The notes under the pieces are model-generated. The model was not told where the DNA came from and did no database searches. It saw only the letters and a program-made list of their open reading frames with translations. From contig CDROCS010004715.1 in assembly GCA_977020255.1 (NCBI GenBank), positions 1 through 64,000 of the forward strand: a stretch of 64,000 bases of DNA, read 5' to 3'. Below are positions 9,778-18,218 of the stretch, piece by piece (the first letter of the stretch is position 1; every line of letters begins with the position of its first letter). This DNA comes from Obrimoposthia wandeli. Its lineage: Eukaryota. The position numbers were made by a program, and so were the translations under genes.

Positions 9778-9875
9778 TTAGTCTTAAAATTAATCGGTAA
9801 GTCATCGATTAATGTCATCTTTGGACAATGATTTTATTATAATGGGACGATAGTATTGATTTGTAATACTGTCGT

Positions 9876-9899
9876 CCTCGCCGCAGGAAGCATCTGAGG
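9876..9899 (+). promoter_or_regulatory. Conserved 24-nt leader motif, copy 1 (cctcgccgcaggaagcatctgagg)
   Basis: 22/24 identical to 11776..11799; similar distance upstream of a sphingomyelinase start. Confidence 0.6.
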
Positions 9900-9943
9900 C
9901 GGCATAAATAAAAATAATAACGTTATTAAACGAGATGCAAAAC

Positions 9944-11677
9944 ATGATTAAGAATCCCTCCAAGCTTATTTTTGCGGCAGGCGTGATGTTAATGTCTGCG
10001 GCAACCTGGGCCGAAAGCTATATTTACCTAACCAATAATACCCTTCAAACCCTAGATCTAACCATCAATCAACGTGGTTCCTCGTTGGTAAAAGGTGAGC
10101 ACTGGAAACAGCATGCTACTTCAGTTCCTCCATTAGGCACCGTTCGTTATTTAGAAACCAATCGAGATACGGGAATAAAGTGGGGCAAAGATTATTACTT
10201 TGATACCACAGTGACAGCGGAAGATGGCAGCACCGCAATGCTACAACAGAAGCTGACTGGTACTTGGAATTTTAGTGAAATCTGGCACGGGACTCAGCAA
10301 TCCCCTTGGTATGACGATCGCAATATTCATTCAGTAAAGCAAAGCTTTGCGGGTATCGATTCGACAATTGCTTTTAAAGCCGAAAGTGCTCGGGTGAATG
10401 GTGATGATTATTATTATGTAATCCATCCAAAAGAAGAAACAGTTACTCGGGGCTTAAATAATAACTTCAATGTATTGGCGTATAACGTTTGGGCGTTATT
10501 ACCGGGCTTGGTTTCTAAAAGTGTCAGTGAGCGTTTGAATTTATTGAAAGATAAATTGAATGGTTATGATGCCATTGTCTTTTCTGAACTGTTTGATAAC
10601 AGCCGCCGCAGTACTTTCTTGAATGCACTTAAAACTGAATACCCTTATCAGACTCGTGTTGTCGATCGTTCAGGGTCTATTGAGGATGGTGGTGTATTAA
10701 TTGTTAGCCGTTATCCGATTGATAGCGAATCTCAAATTGCTTTTTCTGACTGTGATGCAGAAGACTGTATGTCAGCGAAAGGCGTGATTTACGCGAAAAT
10801 TAATAAGGGCGGAAACCCTTACCATGTTTTTGGCAGCCATACACAGGCTTGGAATGCAGAAAAAAACCAGGCGACACGTTTAAGCCAATTCCAGCAAATG
10901 CGTAATTTTATTGATGGCCGCTCAATCAGTACGAACGAACCTGTGATCATTGCGGGTGATTTAAACGTCGACAAAATTAACTTTCCGCAAGAATACAATA
11001 CGATGTTGAATGTATTGAATGCTGAAGAAGCCCCTCGCAATGGCGGCTATGCGTCGTCGTATAATGGTAACGTGAATGCTTGGACAGATGGCGCACCTGA
11101 AGATCTAGATTATGTTCTATATTCTACTGCTCACCTACAGCCGACTTCTTCGAGCTCTAAAGTATTAACGCCACGCAGTATTCATGCGGATGTTTTTACT
11201 AAGTATGATTTGTCTGACCATTTTGCTGTTGCCGGTAATTTAACCTTTGATACCCCTGAAGGCCAGATTGAAACTTCTTTAGTTTATAAAGAGTTGCGTG
11301 ATGGACGTTCTAATAAGTGTTTAGACTTTGAAGGGGCTAGTCCTTCTAATGGTAAGCAAGCTTTGCTTTGGGATTGTGCTAATGTTGCTTGGCAAAAATG
11401 GGCTTATGATCAATCAACAGGCCTATTACGTAATAAAGCCAACCCGGATTATTGCTTAGATAATATGGGCCAGCCTTATTCAGGCGGTGGTATCCATATG
11501 TGGCAGTGTGATGAAAATAATACTAATCAGCAGTGGGATTTTATTGGCGACCAGTTGGTGCCACGTTCAAATCATTCTATTGCAGTAGATGCGTATGGTT
11601 CGGATAACGGTTCTCAAGTTGCTCTTTGGTCAACACATAGTGGTGCTAATCAAAAATGGACTTGGGGTAATCAGTAA
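9944..11677 (+). CDS. Secreted sphingomyelinase C-type phosphodiesterase (EEP family) with C-terminal ricin B lectin
   Basis: Signal peptide ending ATWA/ESY; NVLAYNVW, SELFD, SAKG, GSHTQA, AGDLN, LDY and SDH motifs; ricin domain closely similar to that of the PI-PLC. Start 9944 inferred from the shared cgagatgcaaa(a)cATG context; the ORF track starts at 9935. Confidence 0.88.
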   Translation: MIKNPSKLIFAAGVMLMSAATWAESYIYLTNNTLQTLDLTINQRGSSLVKGEHWKQHATSVPPLGTVRYLETNRDTGIKWGKDYYFDTTVTAEDGSTAMLQQKLTGTWNFSEIWHGTQQSPWYDDRNIHSVKQSFAGIDSTIAFKAESARVNGDDYYYVIHPKEETVTRGLNNNFNVLAYNVWALLPGLVSKSVSERLNLLKDKLNGYDAIVFSELFDNSRRSTFLNALKTEYPYQTRVVDRSGSIEDGGVLIVSRYPIDSESQIAFSDCDAEDCMSAKGVIYAKINKGGNPYHVFGSHTQAWNAEKNQATRLSQFQQMRNFIDGRSISTNEPVIIAGDLNVDKINFPQEYNTMLNVLNAEEAPRNGGYASSYNGNVNAWTDGAPEDLDYVLYSTAHLQPTSSSSKVLTPRSIHADVFTKYDLSDHFAVAGNLTFDTPEGQIETSLVYKELRDGRSNKCLDFEGASPSNGKQALLWDCANVAWQKWAYDQSTGLLRNKANPDYCLDNMGQPYSGGGIHMWQCDENNTNQQWDFIGDQLVPRSNHSIAVDAYGSDNGSQVALWSTHSGANQKWTWGNQ

Positions 11678-11775
11678 AACAGGCATTAAAACTTGTCGTA
11701 GGATGGCATTAGACTGTCACCTTACGACAATGTAGTGAACGTTAGAGTTGGGTATTTTAATGATTAGAATACCCG

Positions 11776-11799
11776 CCTCACCGCAGGATGCATCTGAGG
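11776..11799 (+). promoter_or_regulatory. Conserved 24-nt leader motif, copy 2 (cctcaccgcaggatgcatctgagg)
   Basis: cctca/tgagg stem enclosing CAGGAUG; 22/24 identical to 9876..9899. Confidence 0.6.
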
Positions 11800-11841
11800 T
11801 AAATTGAATAATAAAAACAATACCTTACTCGAGATGCAAAC

Positions 11842-13572
11842 ATGCGAACAGTGTCCTCTAAGAAATCTTCAAAACGCGCTTTTTCTGCGGCTTCCGTTTT
11901 ATTAACCGCGATTGCTTCTTTATCAAGCGCTTCTGCTTGGTCTGAGAGCTATATCTACCTAACCAATAATACCGATCAAACGTTAGATCTAACGGTTAAT
12001 CAGCGTGGCTCTTCGTTGACTAAGGGCGATCATTGGAAGCAGCACGCCACGTCTATTTCTCCTTATGGAACTGCACGTTATTTAGAAACAAATCGAGATA
12101 GCGGAATTAAGTGGGGTAAGGATTATTATTTTGATACCACTGTAACCGCAGAAGATGGCAGCACGGCGATGTTGCAGCAGAAGCTGACCGGTACGTGGAA
12201 CTTCAGTGATATCTGGCACGGTACGCAGCAATCTTCTTGGTATGATGACCGCAATATCCATTCTGTGACTCAAGACTTTGTCGGCGCTAACAGTACAATT
12301 GCCTTTAAAGCAGAAGCCGCTCGCGCTAATGGCGACGATTATTATTACGTTATTCAGCCGCAAGAAGAAACGGTTACGCGTGGCTTGAATAATAACTTAA
12401 ATGTACTGGCTTATAACGTATGGGCTTTGTTACCAGGTATTGTTTCAAGAAGCGTTGGCGAACGTTTAAATCTGCTAAAAGACAAGTTGAACGGCTACGA
12501 TGCGATCGTATTCTCTGAGCTGTTTGATAATGGCAGTCGTGAAACTTTGCTTAACGCACTTAAAACTGAATATCCCCATCAGACTCAGGTCGTTGATCGC
12601 TCTGGTTCAATTGAAGACGGTGGTGTATTAATCGTTAGCCGTTATCCTATTGATTCAGAATCTCAGATTGCTTTTAACGACTGTGATGCAGAAGATTGTA
12701 TGTCTGCAAAAGGCGTGATCTACGCCAAGATAAACAAGGGCGGAAATCCTTACCATATTTTCGGTAGCCATACACAAGCTTGGACAGCGGCAGAAAATCA
12801 GGCAACTCGCCTAAGCCAGTTCCAACAAATGCGTGACTTTATTGATAGCCGAAATATCAGCAGCAACGAACCGGTAATCATTGCGGGTGATTTAAATGTT
12901 GATAAAGAAGATTTTCCACAAGAATACAACACTATGTTAAGTGTTTTAAATGCGGAAGAAGTGCCTCGCAGTGGTGGTTATAAATATACAGCTGATGGCC
13001 GTATTAATAACTGGACTGATGGTGATCCAGAAATTCTGGATTATGTATTGTATTCAACAGCGCACCTGACACCTATTTCCTCTTCTGCAAAAGTATTGGT
13101 GCCTCGTAGTATTCATGCCGATGTATTTACCAAATATGATTTGTCCGATCACTTCCCGATTGCAGGTAACCTGACGTTTAATACTGCGGAAGGTTCTGCT
13201 GAACCAGTGCCTTTTACCGGCACTATTAATGGAAGCTGGAGTGATTCTGGCGGCCGTGATCGTTCTTCGAGCAATAACCCAAGCTACATTTTAACGGTGG
13301 CTGAAGGTACGAATGTCACTATCGATCTGATGTCGAGTATTGATACGTATTTATATATCGAAGAGATTACGACTGGTGCGCAATCTGATAACGATGATGG
13401 TGGTGAAGGTTATAACTCGCGTATTAACTTAGATACTAATTCTGGTGACGGTTTAGATTATTACAAAATCACAGCAGCGACATATTCCAGTGGTCAAGCG
13501 GGTGACTTCACCGTGAAAGCGAGTGCAGGAATTAGTTTTGTTGCGGAAAGTGAATTTCCAGGCGTGAAGTAA
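11842..13572 (+). CDS. Secreted sphingomyelinase C-type phosphodiesterase paralog with a C-terminal PPC-like (pre-peptidase C-terminal) beta domain
   Basis: Same catalytic motifs as 9944..11677. The C-terminus has no ricin repeats and instead reads VTIDLMSSIDTYLY...DNDDGGEGYNSRI...Y.I.A, typical of PPC-like domains. Confidence 0.85.
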   Translation: MRTVSSKKSSKRAFSAASVLLTAIASLSSASAWSESYIYLTNNTDQTLDLTVNQRGSSLTKGDHWKQHATSISPYGTARYLETNRDSGIKWGKDYYFDTTVTAEDGSTAMLQQKLTGTWNFSDIWHGTQQSSWYDDRNIHSVTQDFVGANSTIAFKAEAARANGDDYYYVIQPQEETVTRGLNNNLNVLAYNVWALLPGIVSRSVGERLNLLKDKLNGYDAIVFSELFDNGSRETLLNALKTEYPHQTQVVDRSGSIEDGGVLIVSRYPIDSESQIAFNDCDAEDCMSAKGVIYAKINKGGNPYHIFGSHTQAWTAAENQATRLSQFQQMRDFIDSRNISSNEPVIIAGDLNVDKEDFPQEYNTMLSVLNAEEVPRSGGYKYTADGRINNWTDGDPEILDYVLYSTAHLTPISSSAKVLVPRSIHADVFTKYDLSDHFPIAGNLTFNTAEGSAEPVPFTGTINGSWSDSGGRDRSSSNNPSYILTVAEGTNVTIDLMSSIDTYLYIEEITTGAQSDNDDGGEGYNSRINLDTNSGDGLDYYKITAATYSSGQAGDFTVKASAGISFVAESEFPGVK

Positions 13573-13927
13573 CTTTTATAAATACTCTTATAATCACTTT
13601 TGTAATAATTATTTTATTTGATACTTTATTCTTCAGTCATTAAAAACGGCGTTACATGAAAGTGGCATCAATGAACAATAAAGTGTCATGTAAGAGAATT
13701 GAAAAACACTATTTGAAATGCGTTAATTGTTATGTTGATTAATGCTTGGATCCCGGTTAATCAATCTGTCTGTCTTTACACCTAATCTTTAGTATCTAGA
13801 AATGGGTGTCTCATACGTTTTTGTTTTGCGTATTAAGGCTTGTCTTGAACCCACAAGCCTCTTTTTTATTCCTTTATTTATTCCTTTATTTATTTCTTAA
13901 ATTTCTCATTGTGTATACTGAAAAATT

Positions 13928-14944
13928 CTATAAACGTCGACTAAAGCGTGTGCGATATTCTGTGGGTGTTACTCCCGTTTTCTTTTTGAATAATCGTCGG
14001 AAAGAACTGGCGTCTTCATAGCCTATTTTGTTCATCACGGTATCGACGTTGAAATCACTTTCTTCTAACATTTTTCTGGCTCGTTCAATACGAACCGATT
14101 GCAGATAGGTATTGGGTGGCATGTCTAAGGCTTTATTAAAGCGGCGAATTAGCGTTCGTTGAGAAACATTATACTGTTCTGCCAAATCGTCGATGCTTAA
14201 CGAAATAGTACAGTCCTGTTCAATTTGAGCTTGAATCTGGTGTACTAAGTCATCTTGATGAGGTTTAGCGATTAACATCAGTGAATACGACAACTGGCTA
14301 TCGCGACGATAATCAATGACAAATGCTTTGGCGGTTTGCATGGCGGTTTCAAAATCGACGCAGCGTTCAATAATATGCAAGCCTAAATCAAACCAAGCAA
14401 TGCCTCCACCCGCACAAAAAATATTGCCATCACGGGTTATCAGTTGTTCGGCCTGTAGCTTAACGAGCGGGAAGCGTTGCTTAAATTCAGCTTCAAAACC
14501 CCAGTGCGTCGTCGCTGACTTGCCATCTAAAATACCGGCTTCTGCTAAAAAGAAGTTTCCTGTGCAATTACCGGCGATAGTCCAGCCTGCGATGTGGGCT
14601 TTACGTAATAATTGGATTAATTCAGGGTTATTGTCGAGTGCTTGCTGAATCGGTCCGCCGATAGTGGGAACAATTAATATATTGGATTCTGCAGCCGTTG
14701 TGGAGGTCTTAGAGCTCAAGGCATTTTCTAAATCGGTGAAGCTGTAGTGTGCGGCAAGCTGTAAGCCGTTTATGCATTGAATGTTGTTCTTCTGCTCACT
14801 GGCGAGGCGCACATTAAAGGCCACTGTCGTCTCTTGCTGCTGTATGCGATTCCAAGTAACACCAGCTAAGGCAAAAAGATCAACGACTCCGGTAATGGCG
14901 GATGCGAGAGCATGATCAGATCCTAGGACATATATGTTTATCAT
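13928..14944 (-). CDS. GlxA/FtrA family transcriptional regulator (DJ-1/PfpI domain plus AraC HTH)
   Basis: CTGNFFLAEAGILDGKSATTHW; C-terminal VSQRTLIRRF and IGYEDASSFRRLFKKKTGVTP. Confidence 0.92.
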   Translation of the reverse strand: MINIYVLGSDHALASAITGVVDLFALAGVTWNRIQQQETTVAFNVRLASEQKNNIQCINGLQLAAHYSFTDLENALSSKTSTTAAESNILIVPTIGGPIQQALDNNPELIQLLRKAHIAGWTIAGNCTGNFFLAEAGILDGKSATTHWGFEAEFKQRFPLVKLQAEQLITRDGNIFCAGGGIAWFDLGLHIIERCVDFETAMQTAKAFVIDYRRDSQLSYSLMLIAKPHQDDLVHQIQAQIEQDCTISLSIDDLAEQYNVSQRTLIRRFNKALDMPPNTYLQSVRIERARKMLEESDFNVDTVMNKIGYEDASSFRRLFKKKTGVTPTEYRTRFSRRL

Positions 14945-15004
14945 TGTTGGTGCTTACCGTGAGTAGTGATGTTTGCCGTGGCTAGTGTTCGAAATTTGTG
15001 AAGG

Positions 15005-15038
15005 TGGCACTATTGACCCTATATGTGTCTATATTGAC
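15005..15038 (+). promoter_or_regulatory. Tandem direct repeats at 21-bp period, putative AraC-family operator
   Basis: tggcactattgac (15005-15017) and tgtctatattgac (15026-15038) between the divergent regulator and the acyl-CoA dehydrogenase; the second overlaps TTGACA. Confidence 0.45.
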
Positions 15039-15100
15039 AATTCAAAGTCGTCTTGGCAAGTCGGATACTAGACCTTAGATTTATTCTTAGGGTGATAATT

Positions 15101-16891
15101 GTGTCGAACTTAATTAATGCGAAAGATTTAGAATTTTTATTGTATGACGTTTTTCAAGCACAGCAGCTGACTGAACTGCCTTTTTATCAAGACCATGATA
15201 AGGGAACCTTCGATGGCGTTATCGCCACTGCAGAAAAAATTGCCACTGAATATTTCTTACCGCATAACGCCAAAGCGGATGCTAATGAGCCTCAGTTTGA
15301 TGGTAATAAAGTAACCACTATCGATGAAGTTAAGGTTGCATGGCAGCATTATTCACAATCAGGTTTGTTGGCTGCTCGTCACAGTTATGATGATGGTGGT
15401 ATGCAATTACCTGCGATTATCAATACCGCGTGCGTGAGCTACTTTATGTCGGCTAATCCATCAACGTCGGGCTATCCCTTTTTAACCAGTGCGGCGGCGA
15501 ATTTAATTAATGCCTTTGCGGCAGATGAGCATAAGAAAAAATATTTACCTGCAATGTTTGATGGCCGCTTTTCGGGCACGATGGCGATGACAGAGCCTGA
15601 TGTGGGTTCGTCTTTAGGAGACCTGACCACAAAAGCCACGCCGCAAGACGATGGTAGCTATCGCATCAAAGGCCAGAAAATGTATATTTCTGGCGGTGAT
15701 CAAGACATTACGGAAAACATTGTTCACCTGGTATTGGCGAGAATTGAGGGTGCACCTAAAGGCGCAAAGGGGATTTCATTATTCATCGTGCCGAAAATAT
15801 TAACGCATGAAGATGGCACATTAGGTGAAGCTAACGATGTGAAGCTGGTGGGCCTGTTGCATAAAATGGGCTATCGCGGCACCACGAGTACGGTATTGCA
15901 GTTTGGCGAAAATGGGCAGTGCCAAGGTTTTCTAATCGGCGAAGCGAATCATGGCTTGAAGTACATGTTCAAAATGATGAATGAAGCGCGTATAGGTGTC
16001 GGTACGGGCGCGGCTATGATTGGTTATCGGGGTTACTTAGAATCATTAGATTATGCAAAAAATCGTCCGCAAGGTCGCTCGGTTGCGAGTAAAGACCCAA
16101 ACAGTAAGCCGCTCAATATCATCGAACATACCGATGTGAAGCGCATGTTATTAGCGCAGAAATGTTTTGTCGAAGGATCTCTGGCCTTGTGCTTATTAGC
16201 GGCGCGCTTAGTGGATGAATCGGAAGTGGGCGGAGATGTTGATAGTGGCCTGTTATTGGATTTATTAACTCCTGTGGTGAAATCATTCCCGTCTTATTAT
16301 GGCCCTAAAGCGAATGATCTTGCGATTCAGGTTTTGGCTGGGGCAGGTTATACCAAGGATTATCCGGTTGAGCAGTGCTATCGTGATAATCGCTTAAATC
16401 CAATCCATGAAGGCACCCATGGTATTCAGTCATTGGATTTATTAGGGCGTAAATTATGGCTGCATAACGGTAAGGGCCAGCAGCTACTATTGCAAAAAAT
16501 TCAGAAAACACTGCGGTCGGCAAAAGAAAAGTCAGAATTAACTAAATTAGTTTCTGAATACCAAAACTTCCTCGATCTGTTTATTAAAACCACGATGACT
16601 CTAGGCGGCGCCTTGCAAAAAGGTGAAGTTGAAAAAGGCTTAGCTAACTCGGCTGTTTATCTGGATATGATGGGCAAGATGGTCGTTGCTTGGTTGTGGA
16701 TTGAAATGGCCGATAAGGCAATAGATAGTTTTGCTGGCTCGGATTCAGAAGAAGATCAGAAATTCTTATCAGGCAAATTACAAGCGGCCCAGTATTTCAT
16801 TCGTTGGGAATTACCTAAAGTCGAGCATCAAGCCAATTTGTTGCAAGGTTTCGATGAGACTTGCATGTCGATGCAAGCTGATTGGTTTTGA
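15101..16891 (+). CDS. Acyl-CoA dehydrogenase (long, FadE-like family)
   Basis: GTMAMTEPDVGSSL, GQKMYISGG, KMGYRGT, MMNEARIGVG, IQVLAGAGY, IHEGTHGIQ. GTG start at 15101 after an AGGGTG RBS; the ORF track starts at 15053. Confidence 0.93.
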   Translation: MSNLINAKDLEFLLYDVFQAQQLTELPFYQDHDKGTFDGVIATAEKIATEYFLPHNAKADANEPQFDGNKVTTIDEVKVAWQHYSQSGLLAARHSYDDGGMQLPAIINTACVSYFMSANPSTSGYPFLTSAAANLINAFAADEHKKKYLPAMFDGRFSGTMAMTEPDVGSSLGDLTTKATPQDDGSYRIKGQKMYISGGDQDITENIVHLVLARIEGAPKGAKGISLFIVPKILTHEDGTLGEANDVKLVGLLHKMGYRGTTSTVLQFGENGQCQGFLIGEANHGLKYMFKMMNEARIGVGTGAAMIGYRGYLESLDYAKNRPQGRSVASKDPNSKPLNIIEHTDVKRMLLAQKCFVEGSLALCLLAARLVDESEVGGDVDSGLLLDLLTPVVKSFPSYYGPKANDLAIQVLAGAGYTKDYPVEQCYRDNRLNPIHEGTHGIQSLDLLGRKLWLHNGKGQQLLLQKIQKTLRSAKEKSELTKLVSEYQNFLDLFIKTTMTLGGALQKGEVEKGLANSAVYLDMMGKMVVAWLWIEMADKAIDSFAGSDSEEDQKFLSGKLQAAQYFIRWELPKVEHQANLLQGFDETCMSMQADWF

Positions 16892-16957
16892 GCGTGTAAT
16901 AGATAAAGAGTATGTAACTATTCAGGTTGTTCAAATCAAGACAGAATAAGATTCATT

Positions 16958-17048
16958 ATTGGGTGTTTGTGGAGCAAATATGCGAGGCAGGAGCCGAACT
17001 AAGGCTACAGGGAAGTATTTACGCCGTTTTGTGGAATAAATACCCAAT
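16958..17048. repeat. ~91-bp intergenic element with terminal inverted repeats (MITE/REPIN-like)
   Basis: attgggtgttt (16958-16968) and aaatacccaat (17038-17048), 10/11 complementary, enclosing a more GC-rich core. Only one copy is visible in this window. Confidence 0.4.
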
Positions 17049-17127
17049 CATGGATCGTTTTTAAAACCTGCGGAATAGTTACGATAGAATTTAATAATTA
17101 TGTCGTTAAAGAAATATGGATGCCGCT

Positions 17128-17910
17128 ATGAGTGAAAAGTTAATTGTAGAAGTCAGTGATCACATTATGACGATCACCTTCAATCGCCCAGAAATGTATA
17201 ACCCGCTTGATCCAGAAAGCTATTTTTTATTAGCCCAAGCGATGTATCGGCTACAGCATGATGATGAGCTGCGAGTTGCGGTTGTGCAGGCTAACGGTAA
17301 GCATTTTAGTTCTGGGTTGGAGTTGGATAAATGGGCACCTATCTTTGCCAATGGAGAATACCCAGATTTACCACCAGAGCATCTGGATCCTTATGGCAAT
17401 AAAGGTGAAGTATTAACCAAACCGGTGATTATGGCGGTGCAGGGTATCTGTTATACCTCAGGTTTGGAGTTGTTATTGAATACCGATATTCGTATTGCGA
17501 CGCCAGAAGCTAGATTTGCTCAGTTAGAAGTTCAGCGTGGCATCTATCCTTGTGGTGGTGGCACCGTGCGGTTGCCACGAGAAATCGGCTGGAGTAATGC
17601 TCAGCGTTATATCTTAACGGGTGATGAGTTCAGCGCACAGCAAGCGTTAGAGTGGGGTATGGTGCAAGAATTGGTTGAGCGAGATCAGTTGCATGAGCAT
17701 GCCCGTGCTATCGCCTTGAAGATCGCTAAAGCCGCGCCATTAGGTGTTCAGGCCGCGTTACGCTCAGCAAAAACATGTCGGGTGCATGGCCAAGAAGCTG
17801 CGTTGAAGACGTTGTTTGCAGACTTGCCGAAAGTGATGAAGAGTGACGATGCCAAAGAAGGCATCGCCTCGTTCCTGCAGCGCCGAGAAGCAAAGTTTAC
17901 AGGTAAGTAG
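17128..17910 (+). CDS. Crotonase / enoyl-CoA hydratase family protein
   Basis: TITFNRPE, FSSGLEL, GLELLLNTDIRIA, EVQRGIYP.GGG; alternative start at 17116. Confidence 0.92.
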   Translation: MSEKLIVEVSDHIMTITFNRPEMYNPLDPESYFLLAQAMYRLQHDDELRVAVVQANGKHFSSGLELDKWAPIFANGEYPDLPPEHLDPYGNKGEVLTKPVIMAVQGICYTSGLELLLNTDIRIATPEARFAQLEVQRGIYPCGGGTVRLPREIGWSNAQRYILTGDEFSAQQALEWGMVQELVERDQLHEHARAIALKIAKAAPLGVQAALRSAKTCRVHGQEAALKTLFADLPKVMKSDDAKEGIASFLQRREAKFTGK

Positions 17911-17936
17911 GTCCAGATCTTGATCCTTAGTTTTGC

Positions 17937-17963
17937 TTATGTCGCTTTTAAATGGCGACATAA
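17937..17963 (+). terminator. Stem-loop downstream of the crotonase gene
   Basis: ttatgtcgc / gcgacataa 9-bp inverted repeat. Confidence 0.5.
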
Positions 17964-18097
17964 AGCATTTAAATAATGGAGAGTGGGAGGAAAGTCTAGT
18001 TAAAAATAAGCCTCTTAAAGGCTAAGTTTCTTGGGGTTTATAGGATTACCCACCACAATTAAGTAGGAAAACTGATTTGAAGCAGGTTTTATTTAGT

Positions 18098-18113
18098 GCG
18101 AACAGATGTTCGC
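18098..18113. promoter_or_regulatory. FabR/DesT-like operator upstream of the delta-9 desaturase
   Basis: Perfect GCGAACA-ga-TGTTCGC palindrome resembling the E. coli FabR site (GCGTACA-N2-TGTTCGC), 15 bp before a TAGAAT -10-like hexamer. Confidence 0.7.
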
Positions 18114-18218
18114 TGAGATAAAATCGGTTAGAATGACCATTAAGGTTCGCATACTGGTAAGATAGTCACTCTTATCGTTTATTAGTTTTTTTACTAGATT
18201 TTGAAAATCGGGTTGTAT

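Noticed and set aside
11697-11725. GTAG-starting hairpin as a REP element
   Set aside because: Single occurrence in 64 kb; the other array hairpin has a different sequence.
13866-13901. 12-bp tandem repeat ttattcctttat (about 3 copies) and the 71-aa ORF 13806..14021
   Set aside because: Short low-complexity AT repeat in a convergent intergenic region; not CRISPR-like (no spacers); the ORF overlaps the AraC gene.
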